Of a stretch of 63,932 bases of DNA, positions 49,961 through 62,330 are shown piece after piece (the first letter of the stretch is position 1; each line of letters starts with the position of its first letter). Source of the DNA: Octopus bimaculoides (Eukaryota). A program made the translations under genes and the position numbers. The notes below the pieces were generated by a model. The model saw nothing but the letters and a program-made list of their open reading frames with translations. It was not told where the DNA came from and did not search any database. The DNA lies in the NCBI RefSeq assembly GCF_001194135.2, contig NC_069003.1, positions 22,338,225 through 22,402,156 of the forward strand, in the 5' to 3' direction.

Positions 49961-50755
49961 ACACACTTAACTTTCCTCAATGAACAAGTCCACCAATGTA
50001 GGAATAGTACCAACAGGTAAAAGTCACTGTTGTAGGCCATGGCAGTTCTGTAAATTTGCAGGTCCTTCATTGCAAATATGAAAGCCACCTGACTATGCTC
50101 TCAGTTCATTTTAGGTGAATTCTAAAAGGACATCTCTCTTTCACACACACACCATAAATCAATGAGACAGTTTATATTGAATTTCTCAACTTGGAACACA
50201 CCATAAATTTGTTCCAACTTAGTATGCAGTACTTTCTTCTTTGTACGAGTCATATAAATAAACTTGTTCTCTTCTCTCTTTCACTCCCTTTTGTTCTCTC
50301 ACCATATATATATGTTTATTTATAATGTATTTCTGCCTGAACAGCAACAGCTGCCAGTTGATAATATAAATTCTACAATTTGTATTATTGAATACTAAGA
50401 GTTACTTCATTCTTTGAATCAACCACCTCCTTAATCCAACCCACTGCACCCACAAAATCCATAAACAAAATTATTCTATAGAAATCCAATAAACATACAT
50501 ATATTGGGTTATTTGGTGAATTTTCTTCTCATTTCGGCCATTGCCTTCCTATTTTTTTTCCTCTTCTATGTCTTTATTTAAATTTACTTATACTGGTTAT
50601 ATATCAATCTGGTCGGTGTGAAACTACAAGCTGTCACACTTGCTATGGAATGTAAAACAATTGATCGATGTAAGAGTGCAACATCAATGTAACAAAGACT
50701 TCTCATTACTAATACATCAACAAGTAAACATTTGTAATTATTATCATATGCCCAC

Positions 50756-50828
50756 GGGCATATGGCGTAGTGGTTAAGAGTGCGGGCTACTAACCCCAAG
50801 ACTCCGAGTTTGATTCCATGCAGTGACC
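50756..50828 (+). mobile_element. 73-nt tRNA-like SINE head (family E) followed by (AAT)n
   Basis: A box TGGCGTAGTGG (50763-50773), B-box-like GAGTTTGATTCC. Confidence 0.75.
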
Positions 50829-50848
50829 TGAATAATAATAATAATAAT

Positions 50849-51310
50849 AATATATAAACGTATCTGTCAAGACCTACCAAAAACTGAGCGAATATAAAGA
50901 TCTTGAAATAGAAATTAGCAAGATGTGGAACCTGAAGACTAAAACAATACCTATTGTCATAGGTGCCCTGGGAATGATAGCAAAGGGGCTGATTGCTACC
51001 TAGCTCAGATACCAGGAAACCCCAAAATAGCTGAAGTTCAAAAGATAGTGCTCATGGGAACTGCCCATATCCTACGTAAAATATTGTCTATGTGATCTCA
51101 AATTTTAAAACAAACACATAATTTTCTTATGGTTTCTTAAACATTCTCTAGAACAACACTATGTACAAATCCAAATATATGGTACCCTAGGCACAACACC
51201 TACATGAACTTCTAACTTGTTGTCTCTTGAGGTCTCTGGGTGAGACTTGGATCCAACTTGTACAAATACAAAGCAAAAGTCAAACATAAAATAATAATAA
51301 TAATAATAAT
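50849..51310 (+). mobile_element. 5'-truncated R4/Dong-clade (restriction-like endonuclease) LINE 3' end
   Basis: Translates NVSVKTYQKLSEYKDLEIEISKMWNLKTKTIPIVIGALGMIAKG/ADCYLAQIPGNPKIAEVQKIVLMGTAHILRKILSM* with one frameshift (TGA 51093-51095), then a 3' UTR and (AAT)n tail. Confidence 0.82.
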
Positions 51311-51432
51311 AAGTAAACATTTGGTATCTTGTTATTGCTTAATCAACTGAGGTTACATTCAACCAGGTCAGGACTGACCAAGGAAATTCCAGGCATGATC
51401 ACACCATTTGTTCATTCACAATCCATTTGGAG

Positions 51433-51741
51433 CAGTGATTCTTAACCGGAGTCCATGTAAGATTTTGTGGGGTCCACATAACAAAATAGTAAATTGGGGA
51501 TCTACAATAGTATCTTAAAGACCCCTGAAAAAATTTTGCTTTAGATGTATTTACTGCAAGAAACAACTATGTTTCTTCCTCTTACATTTCACATAGTTCG
51601 ACCTACACAAGTTAATGCATGAAAAGAAAACAGGAGATTTGGAAGAAGCTTCCATAAAACTAGTTCTTAAACATCAGACGGCTATGGGGGTCCACCAGAA
51701 TAAAATAGTAATCATAGACAAAAAATGATTGAGAACCCCTG
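51433..51741. mobile_element. hAT/Charlie-type MITE with 8-bp TSD
   Basis: CAGTGATTCTTAACC ... GATTGAGAACCCCTG. Flanks atttggag / atttagag. Confidence 0.8.
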
Positions 51742-52258
51742 ATTTAGAGCTTTATCAGCAATGAGTTTCATTTTAAAAGATGACTGTGTATGGTCTAAGG
51801 GATGGATATTTTGCTGCTGTTTCTAGCAACCATGTAGAGGTTTCTTCATTGGCTCATCAGACTGTTTTCATTAAAAGGCTCAGTGAAGAAGGTGGGACAG
51901 TACCCTTAACTTTTAGGTTTTAGCGGAGATGGTGAAGCTCAGATGCTTATGCTCAGCTTAAATTGATATTCACACACACAAACACACACACACATATAAC
52001 TATCTATTATTACAAATTTCCCAACCACATGAGAAAGCGTCTTCTACTATGGCCTCAGACTGACCAAAGCCTTGTGAGTGGATTCGGTAGACAGAAACTG
52101 AAAGAAGCGTGTCGTATATGTGTGCATGTGTCTGTGTGTCTGTCCCCCACTACTGCTTGACAACCAGTATTGGTGTGTTTATGTCCCCATAACATAGCAG
52201 TTCAGCAAAAGATACTGATAGAATGAGTACCAGGCTTAAAAGAGAACAGGTACAGGGG

Positions 52259-52575
52259 TGTTGTGTTGTCAAATTGTACACTCCTACCAGCAAAAAGTGG
52301 TAGTAGCCAGCCATTTTAAATAGACCAGTAGCCAATCAATAGAAAAAGGTCAAAAAGGTCAGGCTGGTCAAGAGTACGTGTAGACTGTGTTAATATAGTA
52401 ATTATATCGTGATACTGAGTGGACATTATAACAATCCAACCTTTTGAGGATAATAACACTGTATTACTGGGGGGGGGGGGGGTTGTACAGCGGCAGATAG
52501 AACCATTCTATCAACGACTTGGGAATATAACAATATCTTCAGAGCGACAACCATAGTCAGAAGACAGATGCAACA
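52259..52575 (+). mobile_element. 5' LTR (317 bp) of a Ty3/Gypsy element
   Basis: TGTTG...CAACA termini, followed by PBS-like TGGCAATGAGG (52577-52587; compare TGGCGACGAGG). It interrupts a family B SINE (52005-52258). Confidence 0.75.
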
Positions 52576-52716
52576 GTGGCAATGAGGAAAAACAAATTTA
52601 TGCGGAGTGAAAAAAAACATTCACACAGAGAGTTTAAACTAATTCATGTGGAGAATTAAATACCGACAAAAAAGTAACAAAAATCTTGTTGTGCAAACTT
52701 ACGAAAATCATAAAAT

Positions 52717-55700
52717 ATGGAAGACTTGTTAGCTGGGATAGTTGAGTTGCGAAAACAACAACAGCAACTCAAGGAACAATGAGAACAACAACAAGGATTG
52801 CCGCAGCAAATGTCACAATTAATGAAGTTGATAACCAAACTGGAGGATACATTTTCACCTGACCATGTAGCAAATTCTATGAGCGAATTCAAATATGACC
52901 CCAAAGAAGGAGTAACCTTTGAGGCTTACTTTCAAAGATTTCAGCAAATTTTTGAAAAAGAATGTCAGGACAGACGAGATGAAAACCTATCTAGTGTTAA
53001 GAAAACTAGCAACAGCAGAGCATGAGAAGTATAGTAACTTCATATTGCAAAAAAAAAGCATCCAACATAAATTTCACTGACACAGTTGACATTTTGTGCA
53101 AAATGTTTAGTGGAAAAAAGCTCACTGTTTAATACTAGATGGAAATGTTTAAAAAATAGAAAAGAGCGAAGATGAAGACTTCACTACTTACACAGGCAGA
53201 GTCAACAAAGAATGTGAGAGATTTAGGCTAGATATGCTTACTCCAGATTCTTTTAGGTGTTTGATTTTTGCACAAGGATTGACAGATAAAAGGGTTGCAG
53301 AAATCTGAATTCTATCAAAACTGGAAAAGAACCAGGATTTATCATTGCAGAAACTGTCTGAAGAGTGTGACAGGATATTAAAATTAAGGTATGACATGGA
53401 AGGTATTCAACAGAAAGAGTGTTTCCACATAAGACCAATGCAAAAAAGTCGGAAGACAAAGTGTTGCAGGAAAAACAGAAAAAATATTGGGATGTAGACC
53501 TATGTATGGCATGTGGAGGGATGCACCTGAAAGATTGTCTGTATAAAAAAGCAAAGTGTTTTTATTGTGGGTTTACAGGACATATAAAATTGCACTGCAA
53601 AACTAGAATGATAGGAAAATGGAACAAACAAGACGAAATAAATAGTTTGTCAGTAGGAAAAGTTGTGACTACAACAAACAGGAAATTTATGAATGTGAGA
53701 ATTGAAGCCACTAGTGTCGGAATGCAATGAGACATGGGAAGTGATATCACAATCATAAATGAGAAAACATGGGAACAAATGAGTAAACCAAAATTATGTA
53801 GTTCAAACAAAATAGTGTATGGTGTTACGAGAAGAAAATTATATTTCACGGGTGAACACGTTTGTAATATAATGTTCAAAGGTCAAACCAAAAAAGTGAA
53901 TGTTTATGTTTTGAAAAATTTCCTGAATTTATTTGGCACCAAATGTATGGAGAAATTTAATTTATGGCATACACTCATAAACGCTTTGTGCAATAACGTA
54001 AACAGAGCAGTCAAACAATCGAACAAGGTTGATGAACTGAAACAAAAAATGTAAGAAACTTTCCCAAAAGATTTTTCAGAAGGTTGAGGCTATTGCACAA
54101 AAACAAAAGCAAGAATGCTATCAAAAAAATTCAACACCTATTGTCTGGCCCAAATGGAACGTGCAGTTTGTCACTGTAGACCAGGTAAATAAAGATCTAG
54201 AAAGCTTGGAAAGCCTGAATATAATTGAAAAGATTGACCATGCAGACTGAGCAGCACCGGAGGTGTACATACATAAAAAAAAAAAAGCTAAGAGTGTGCA
54301 CAGACTTCTCAACTAGGTTAAATGACGGTTTACTCACACACAATTACCCACTTCTAAGCCCAGGAATATTTGCTAAACTAAATGGAGGCATACCTTCTAA
54401 TTCAGTTTGAGGAAGATTGCACACATCTACTAACAATCAACAAGCACCATGGATTGTACAAGTTCAAACGACTGCCATTTGGAGTAAAAGTGGCACCCAC
54501 CATATACCAACATATAATGGCTGCGATATTAAGTGATTGTAACTTCGCATATCTAGATGATATTCTGATAAAGAGCGAGTCTCTGGTGCAATATTTCGAA
54601 CACATAAAAAAAGTACTCGAGAGAATAAGTGAATACGGACTAAAATTGACAGAAAAATATTGCAGATTTTTTAGGGAAAAATAAAATACCTAGGTCAAGT
54701 AATCGATGAAAATGGACACAGATAAGGCTCATCAAGGTTGACAGCAATACGAAATAGGCCACCCCCAATAAACATGGCAATGCTACAAGCATTCCTAAGC
54801 TTGGTAGATTAATACCAAATGCATATACCAAATATACATATGGTAAGGGCACCACTTAATGAATTATTTTTTTTTAATGCCAAATGGATTTTGACAGGAA
54901 ATGCCAGAAAGCATTTAACGAGTTAAAAGCTGTTAACTTCAGAATTGAATCTTATGCATTTCAACCCAAAGTTAGAGATAATACTGGCTACAGATGCTAG
55001 CAAGTATGGGATAGGGGCCATGTTCCTACACAAGGATAATGATGGCAGGAGAAAGGCAATAGCTCACACATCAAGGACATTATTGCTGGTGGAAAAGAGC
55101 TGTAGCCAAATCGAAAAAAAGGCATTGGTTATCATATTTGGCATGAAAAAATTCTATAGGTTCATTCACAGCAGATGTTTCTGGTTACAAACGGACCGTA
55201 GACCTCTAATAATATATGGATCCAAGAAAGGAATCCTGACACATATGGCAAACAGACTGCAGTGGTGGGGTACCATTCTATTAAACTATGATTATAGAAT
55301 GGAATGTCTACCTTCAAAAAAGTTGGGGGCATTCCGATGATCTGTCTAGGCTAATTCCGAGAAATAACGAACCACTAGAGGACACTGTAATAGCAGCACT
55401 GAGAGTGGAAGCAGAAACAAAAAAAGTGATGTGGAACATTGTGCATTAAATACCAGTAACTTTGGAAGAAATAAAGAGAAATGCGAGAAATGACAAATTT
55501 ATTAATGAGACAAAAAGAAAACTGTGGTTGACAAAAGGAAATAAAGAAAGGTCTGATGCAAAGAACTGCCAAGATGTGAACGTGTACTCTATATGTGATG
55601 GTGTACCAATGTAGGCTCAGAGGATGGTCACATCACAGACATTACAGAAGAGAATGCTAAAAGAGTTCCATGTGGGACACCCAGGCATCTCTAGAATGAA

Positions 55701-55785
55701 AGCACTGATGCAAAGTTTCGTATACTGGTCAAGCATGGACAAGGAAGTTGAAAGCCTGGTAAAAGGCTGCAGAGGATGTGTGCAT
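52717..55785 (+). mobile_element. Decayed Ty3/Gypsy gag-pol (K02A2.6-like), 3' truncated
   Basis: Gag EFKYDPKEGVTFEAYFQRF; CCHC knuckles CMACGGMH..C..KCFYCGFTGHIKLHC; protease DMGSDITII; RT FKRLPFGVKVAP..AYLDDILI; RNase H ILATDAS..SQIEKKAL..F..QTDRRPL; integrase zinc finger HVGHPGISRMKALMQSFVYW..GCRGC. Many stops and frameshifts; no 3' LTR. Confidence 0.93.
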
Positions 55786-55860
55786 AAATAGACATATATG
55801 CATGCATACATATAGATACAAAGACATACATATATATACATATACATTCATACACATATG

Positions 55861-56242
55861 GCATGTAAATAGCACCATTTGAGCGTGATTGTTACCAACG
55901 TCTCCTTCCTGGCACATGTGCCAGTGGCATGTGAAAAGACATTTGAGCGAGATCGTGGCCAGTGCCGCTGGACTGGCTCCTGTGCAAGTGGCACGTAAAA
56001 TACACCATTTCGAGCGTGGCCGTTGCCAGTACCGCCTGACTGGCCTTCATGCCGGTGGTACATAAAAGCACCCACTACACTCTTGGAGTGGTTGGCGTTA
56101 GGAAGGGCATCCAGCTGTAGAAACTCTGCCAAATCAGATTGGAGTCTGGTGTAGCCACCTGGTCCACCAGTCCTCAGTCAAATCGTCCAACCCATGCTAG
56201 CATGGAAAGCAGACGTCAAACGATGATGATGATGATGATGAC
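55861..56242 (+). mobile_element. Family D element with about 65-bp 5' tandem modules
   Basis: Modules start at 55861, 55927, 55991 and 56058, followed by the core and (GAT)n tail. Confidence 0.85.
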
Positions 56243-57085
56243 GATATATATCTATATATGCACATATACATACATAGACACATATACATTTATATATACA
56301 CATACATACATATACATTTATATATACACATATTCATACATATTACACAAGAACATATATACATATATGCATACTTATAGATGTGTATACACACACACAC
56401 ACACACACACACACATTATATATATTATCATCATCATTTAATGTCTATCTTCTATGCTGGCATAGTTGATATCCAAAATGTAAAGTGCATCACCAACAAT
56501 AAAGCATAAGGAGAGTTGTGTGGAATGTGAAATAAATCAAAACAAATTGTTTGGTTGGTGGTATGAAGTGGTAAGATTCAACTTCTTCAGCCGATACTTA
56601 TTGTTCAAGAGTTAAGTGAACTCTTGGTAAATGTAACATTAGACTTTCTGCTTCTCACAGCGTTTCAATTTATTCAAGAGGCTACATACAATGCAATAAA
56701 CACTCGTGTCACACCCATTAAGTGTATGTGGCTTCCTAACATGGGATGGAGATTTAGTAATGCTACGGAGGTGAACAATTAAATCATAATAGATGTGTGC
56801 ATGTCGTTTTCCAAGCACATAATCTCAGGCTTGTGTGGCACCTTAGACAAGTGTCTTCTACTGTAGCGTTGTGAGTTAATTTGGTAGATAGAAACTGAAA
56901 GAAGCCTGTCACACACATGCACATATATATATATAAACGTTATGAAGGGTATTGGAGTCAATCAAACCCTAAAGATACAGGTAATACCGAGTAAGTGCTG
57001 TATACCGACTAGTTTTGCCCTAGATGTGGTTGCAACATGAGTGGGGAATATAACATGGGTCGTGTATTAGCGTGTGTATATATAT

Positions 57086-57182
57086 AAAGAAAGAATAAGA
57101 TAAAGAGACCAATGGCAAAGGTAGAATTATATAAAATATAATTCTACCTTTGCCATTGGTCTCTTTATCTTATTCTTTCTTT
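57086..57182. repeat. Perfect inverted repeat: 47-bp arms, 3-nt loop
   Basis: 57086-57132 is the exact reverse complement of 57136-57182. Confidence 0.95.
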
Positions 57183-57186
57183 CTTT

Positions 57187-57226
<40 letters not shown>

Positions 57227-57937
57227 TGGGCCAAAAGTCATGCACAAAATAAGTTCAACATGCTCTGGAATTGTCAGACATGCTTCAATGTTTAAAAACA
57301 CCAGAAAGTAAAAGTGATCAGATCATAAATTAAGAAATAGCAGCTGAATTTCTTTTAAATTACACCTTAATCTGTTATAAAAACAAAAAACATATTAGAT
57401 AATGTAATCCTAGTTACAGTATACTTAGAAAAAATGGTTTGACATTATGATCACAGCTAGAATGCTTTTGATCAGAGGTCAACCCAAGCAGAGTTATCCC
57501 ATGGTTAAACTATCGCAAGCTATCCGATTATTTATAGATCTGACTGATTCTGTAATAGTTACTCATCCAAGTTAGTCTGGCATGATGACAGCAGTACCAC
57601 GACTCGTTGACTGACCGGTCCAAATCAAGATAATCAATTGGTACATTCATTATTCATGCTTACAACAAGAACAACAATACCTACAATATTTGCCGACACA
57701 AAAATTTATTGATACATCGTTATCAACGATATGGAAATTAACGCTTAATTAACATTACAAAACTGGGTCAGTTTACTTAGTAAAGATACATGACTAATTC
57801 CCTACATTGTATGAAGCAAGTTAAAACCCTGAATGACCAGGGGACTATGGGATCTTGTACCAATATCAACAAGGTGCGTCCCTGTCAGTTGATCAACTGA
57901 AGTGTCTACTCATTATTCTATATGTAACTAACTGAGT

Positions 57938-58318
57938 TGTTGGCACTCCGTCGCTTATGACGTCGAGGGTTCCAGTTGATCCGATCAACGGAACAGCCTG
58001 CTCGTGAAATTAACGTGCAAGTGGCTGAGCACTCCACAGACACGTGTACCCTTAACGTAGTTCTCAGGGATATTCAGCGTGACACAGTGTGACAAGGCTG
58101 ACCCTTTGAATTACAGGCACAACAGAAACAGGAAGTAAGAGTGAGAGAAAGTTGTGGTGAAAGAGTACAGTAGGGTTCACCACCATCCCCTGCTGGAGCC
58201 TCATGGAGCGTTTAGGTGTTTTCGCTCAATAAACACTCACAACGCCCCGTCTGGGAATCGAAACCGCAATCCTATGACCACGAGTCCGCTGCCCTAACCA
58301 CTGGGCCATTGCGCCTCT
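57938..58318 (-). mobile_element. Family A SINE, full length with 12-bp TSD
   Basis: TSD aactaactgagt at 57926-57937 and 58321-58332. Confidence 0.9.
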
Positions 58319-61300
58319 ACAACTAACTGAGTATTCCACAGGTACATCATATTTTCCGGTACACAAGTCAATGTAGCATTCAATGTAAACATTCAAACAT
58401 TGTCACTATCTTTCCAAATTCTGATGTTTTTCCATATGGAATTGTTAGTCCTTCAAAGTCATTTTGGTGTATAAATCAACCTAACTTTTTGGGGCTGTAA
58501 ATTTTGGTCTGAAAAATTCAACTTGTATACCAGAAAATTCTGTAATACTCAGGCAGAATCAGCATACCAAAGTGTGAGACAAGACTGGATCTTTGAATTA
58601 AATGTACGGCTCTGTTGGCATTATTTCCCTTAAAAGCTTGAGCCAGTGCCATGTTAAAGTAAAATAAATTCAGCCAAGGTATTGTGTATTGGGATCAAAT
58701 GTAGGACATCTTGATTGTAGAGCAAACTGATCAAGCATTTAACCCTGCTTGAATCTATGAATGACTACTGATAATCATATAAATATGCATGAATTGGCAC
58801 TGTCCAGACCTAAGCAAGAACCTGGCAGCCAGTACCATGCTTCACTATATATGTATATGTGTGTATGTACAAACATATTACCTTGAAGATAGTATGTTCA
58901 ATCAAAATTCAAGCTATTTAAAATTTTTTCATCAAGGTAGCTTGCTAGGTGTTCATGGTCCCCTCCTTAGTTCTTTGGACCCTGGAGCAATGTACTAGCT
59001 GAAGTCCACTCTTATATACTCTACACCCACTTACACACCTTCACAGAAATATTACAAAATTTTCAGTTTGGTTATAACAGTTAAAGAATTTTATAATTTC
59101 CAACTTGAAAGAGATAAAATACAATTTCAATTAATTTCAGTTTGTTAGGATTGAAAATAACAAGACTTTATACAATTCTTCATTGGGTATGTCTGTCTCG
59201 ATAAAGATGTTTTAAAAAATACTTGTTATTAAAAATAAAACGAAAAATACATCCAAGTGGAGCTTCAAGAGAAACTGATTTAGTGAAATGGTTAATCCAT
59301 ATTTCTCCGTAAGAAGCATATAGCCAGTTTCTCTGGTGTATATATTCCTCCCTGGATGGGGACATTGGTCTGTCATGCGATTACTCATTTTTACATACTG
59401 AACGAACTGAAGCAACATGAAATGAAGTGTTTTGCTCAAGAACAACACATCACCCAGTTCGGGAATCAAAACCACTACCTTTCAATCAAGAATCCCAACA
59501 CCCATGTACCTCCACACTGATGTGTATGTGGGTCACACCTCTTTAGCAAAATACAGTGTTAAATTCAGTGAATTACAATGTTAAATATAATGAACCTGCA
59601 GACCTCAGATTATAGAGAAGGACCCATAGTGGAAGTCGATTCAGTGTTGAGTACACAACATCTATCCTATTTTCATTAACTCAAATGATATTGAAGAAGA
59701 CAGAATTGAAGCTAAACAACAAAACAGCATAAGGAAACTTCACATTGTCTCTAGACATATTGAATTGTCAGCTTTCTTTGTCAGCATATATTTTAAGGTC
59801 TTTAAACATGTTTAAGTCTTATCAGATAGAAGGCACCACAATAAAAATAGGGACAGACACAGTTATATATCACCGACTGGGTAAGTATGAAGATTTATTG
59901 AAATGGAGCTGATCAGAGAGAGAGTGCTCACTAGCAGTAACAGCAGTACACAACAGTTTTGTAAATATTAGCTGTAAGATCTGTCATAACTAAATATTTA
60001 TTAGCTGTAATGACTGGGTAGACAAATGCTTTACAGGAGGTTTTTAAAGATTTTATTTTATTTTTTGCTTTGATATGAAATAAGTTCTTTATTTTTATTG
60101 TATAAGTGTGATGGTGTGATGTTCATGCTATTGCTTACATCAGGGAAGGAATTCCAAAACCTGAGCCATGACAATCGTAAACATAAGAGCATGCTCCTAC
60201 ACAACAGCTCCTCTGACAAAATCAAAAATATAAGGTCACAGATTGTGTTGTATAGCCAGCTGGAGACAATGTCTCCTGGGGCTAAATTACAGCAGCATTA
60301 GTCCTAAACCAAGACTGCCATGTTATGTTGGCAAACAATCTTTACTACAAAATCAGAGACATTCACTAGGTTTGACTGCTTGACCTACCAGAAATAACTC
60401 CTAAATCACCCTTAAAAGACACCTTACATACTTAAAAAAAAGGAAGGACACACGATCCAATGAATAGAGTCTCTATATAGTTGCCTGATCTAGTAGAAAT
60501 ACAAGTCAAATCTCCCACAAATCACACCCTACTATTTCAAAAACAACACACAAATGTGATCCTAGCTACATCATGTCTAGAAAATAAACAAGGTAAATAA
60601 TCACAGCTATTCCAGCCATCTTTTTGGATCAAAGTTCTGTTTGGTTTAAGGTGACCTAGGGCTGAACAACAACACCAAATCCAACAAATACCAAGATAAC
60701 CTCTTACTGCTGAAGTTGCTTAACCCATTGGACAAACCAATGTCTACAAGGCTTTCCATGCATGACCACCTTGTCTGTTTCTATGTCCAAGGTTACATTG
60801 CCTTATGTCTCTATTAAGGTGGTAAAGTATGATTTGAGAGAAATTTGGCTATTATTTCTTGCTGAGCAAGCGATCACATAGAGATCTCCCATCACCACCT
60901 CCTCTTCAGTGTTGGTTTATGTAAGAACTTTTGTAACACGTACTCCAGCAATAATATCGGATTAATGGTCCAGATATCTATGTATGCAGAGGCTCTGAGA
61001 CAAATTTGGTAAAGCAGAACAAGACTATTTTCAGGCCCAGTCGGGGAAGTGTTTGTTCTCTCAATATTTAAAAGAGCTTTAAGAGGCCCAGTAGACAGTC
61101 ACCAGCTCTCTCCTTGGCTCTCCCCACTTAAAATAACTTTAATTCAGTAAGATAGATGCAAGTTTGGCTGTGTAGTTAAGAGATTTACTTCTCAATCACA
61201 GGGCTTTGCGTTCAGTCACACTGTAGCCCCTACTATAACTCTGGGCCAACCTATGCTTTGTGAAGGAATTTCGTAGATGGAAACTGAAAGAAGCTCTAAA

Positions 61301-61663
61301 TAGTTGTGTGTTTACAAACTGCAGTGAGCCATACTGTAGACTGTGAGGTCATCATATGCAGCTGGACTGCACCTGTGACATTTGTTGGCATTTTCTGGCA
61401 AATTGTCTGCGTCAAAATCCTCTGGAATTAAAACTGGCTCACTTGAAAAAGTAACCGGAAGAGCATCTGATCATAAAACTTTTGTTTCAAGCACCTCTCC
61501 ATATAATCATTGCTAACATAGAAAAACAAATGTTAAATAAACAAACAAACAATATTTATGTGAATAGCACATTGCCCAAGAAGCCACAGTTCGAGAGTCT
61601 CTGGATATGTTTATAGGAAGACAACAGTAACAAAGTAGCATAAGTGTCTTGAAACCATATCGT

Positions 61664-62330
61664 CATCATCATTTAATGTCCACCTTCCATGCTGGCATGG
61701 GTTGGACAGTTTGACAGGAGTTGGCAAGCCAGATAACAGCACAAGGTTCCATTGTCTGTTTTGACATGGTTTCTACAGTTGGATGCCCTTCTCAATGCCA
61801 ACCACTTTACAAAGGGTACTGAGGGCTTTTTATGTGGCACCAGCACCTGCAGGGTTATCAAGTAACTTGCAAAACAAAGACCTCTCAGCTGAGAGAGGGA
61901 GTGGTACTGAGGGAGGTGGCTTTGTGCCAGTTGAGAGATTAGAATATGATAGAGGATAGAGATAAGTGTCTTACTATAGAGGAGATACTTGGCTCTTCCA
62001 GTCGGAAAAGAAAGGAGCAATAGATTTAGAGACAAAGATAGAGAGACAGTCAGAGTGAAAGAGAAAGAGATGATGTTGGGGATGCATCAGGACATACACA
62101 CAAGGTACAGTGGGGGGGGGGAATATTAGTGGTACTGAGGGGATAGAGGGGGTGTTTTATAAGAGTGTGAGGGGAGATGTTGAGAGATGGGAAGAAGTGA
62201 CGGTGAGAGAAGTTGAAGGGGCTAAGGTAGATATGTGAGGGTGTAGAGAATATGCAGGTAAGCATGTGAGGGAGAGTGGAGGGATCTGCAACAGGTGGTA
62301 ATCATGGGTGGGAAGAAGGGGGGGTGTTGA
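61664..62330 (-). mobile_element. Family D element with 5' extension
   Basis: Reverse-complement homologue of 15780-16400. Confidence 0.7.

Noticed and set aside
56645-56730. Possible orphan + strand exon (ctcacag|...FQFIQEATYNAINTRVTPI...|gt)
   Set aside because: The acceptor looks plausible, but the donor is weak, the peptide is unrecognised and no partner exons were found.
56940-57070. 3' LTR of the Gypsy element
   Set aside because: No similarity to 52259-52575 and no polypurine tract or TGTTG start.
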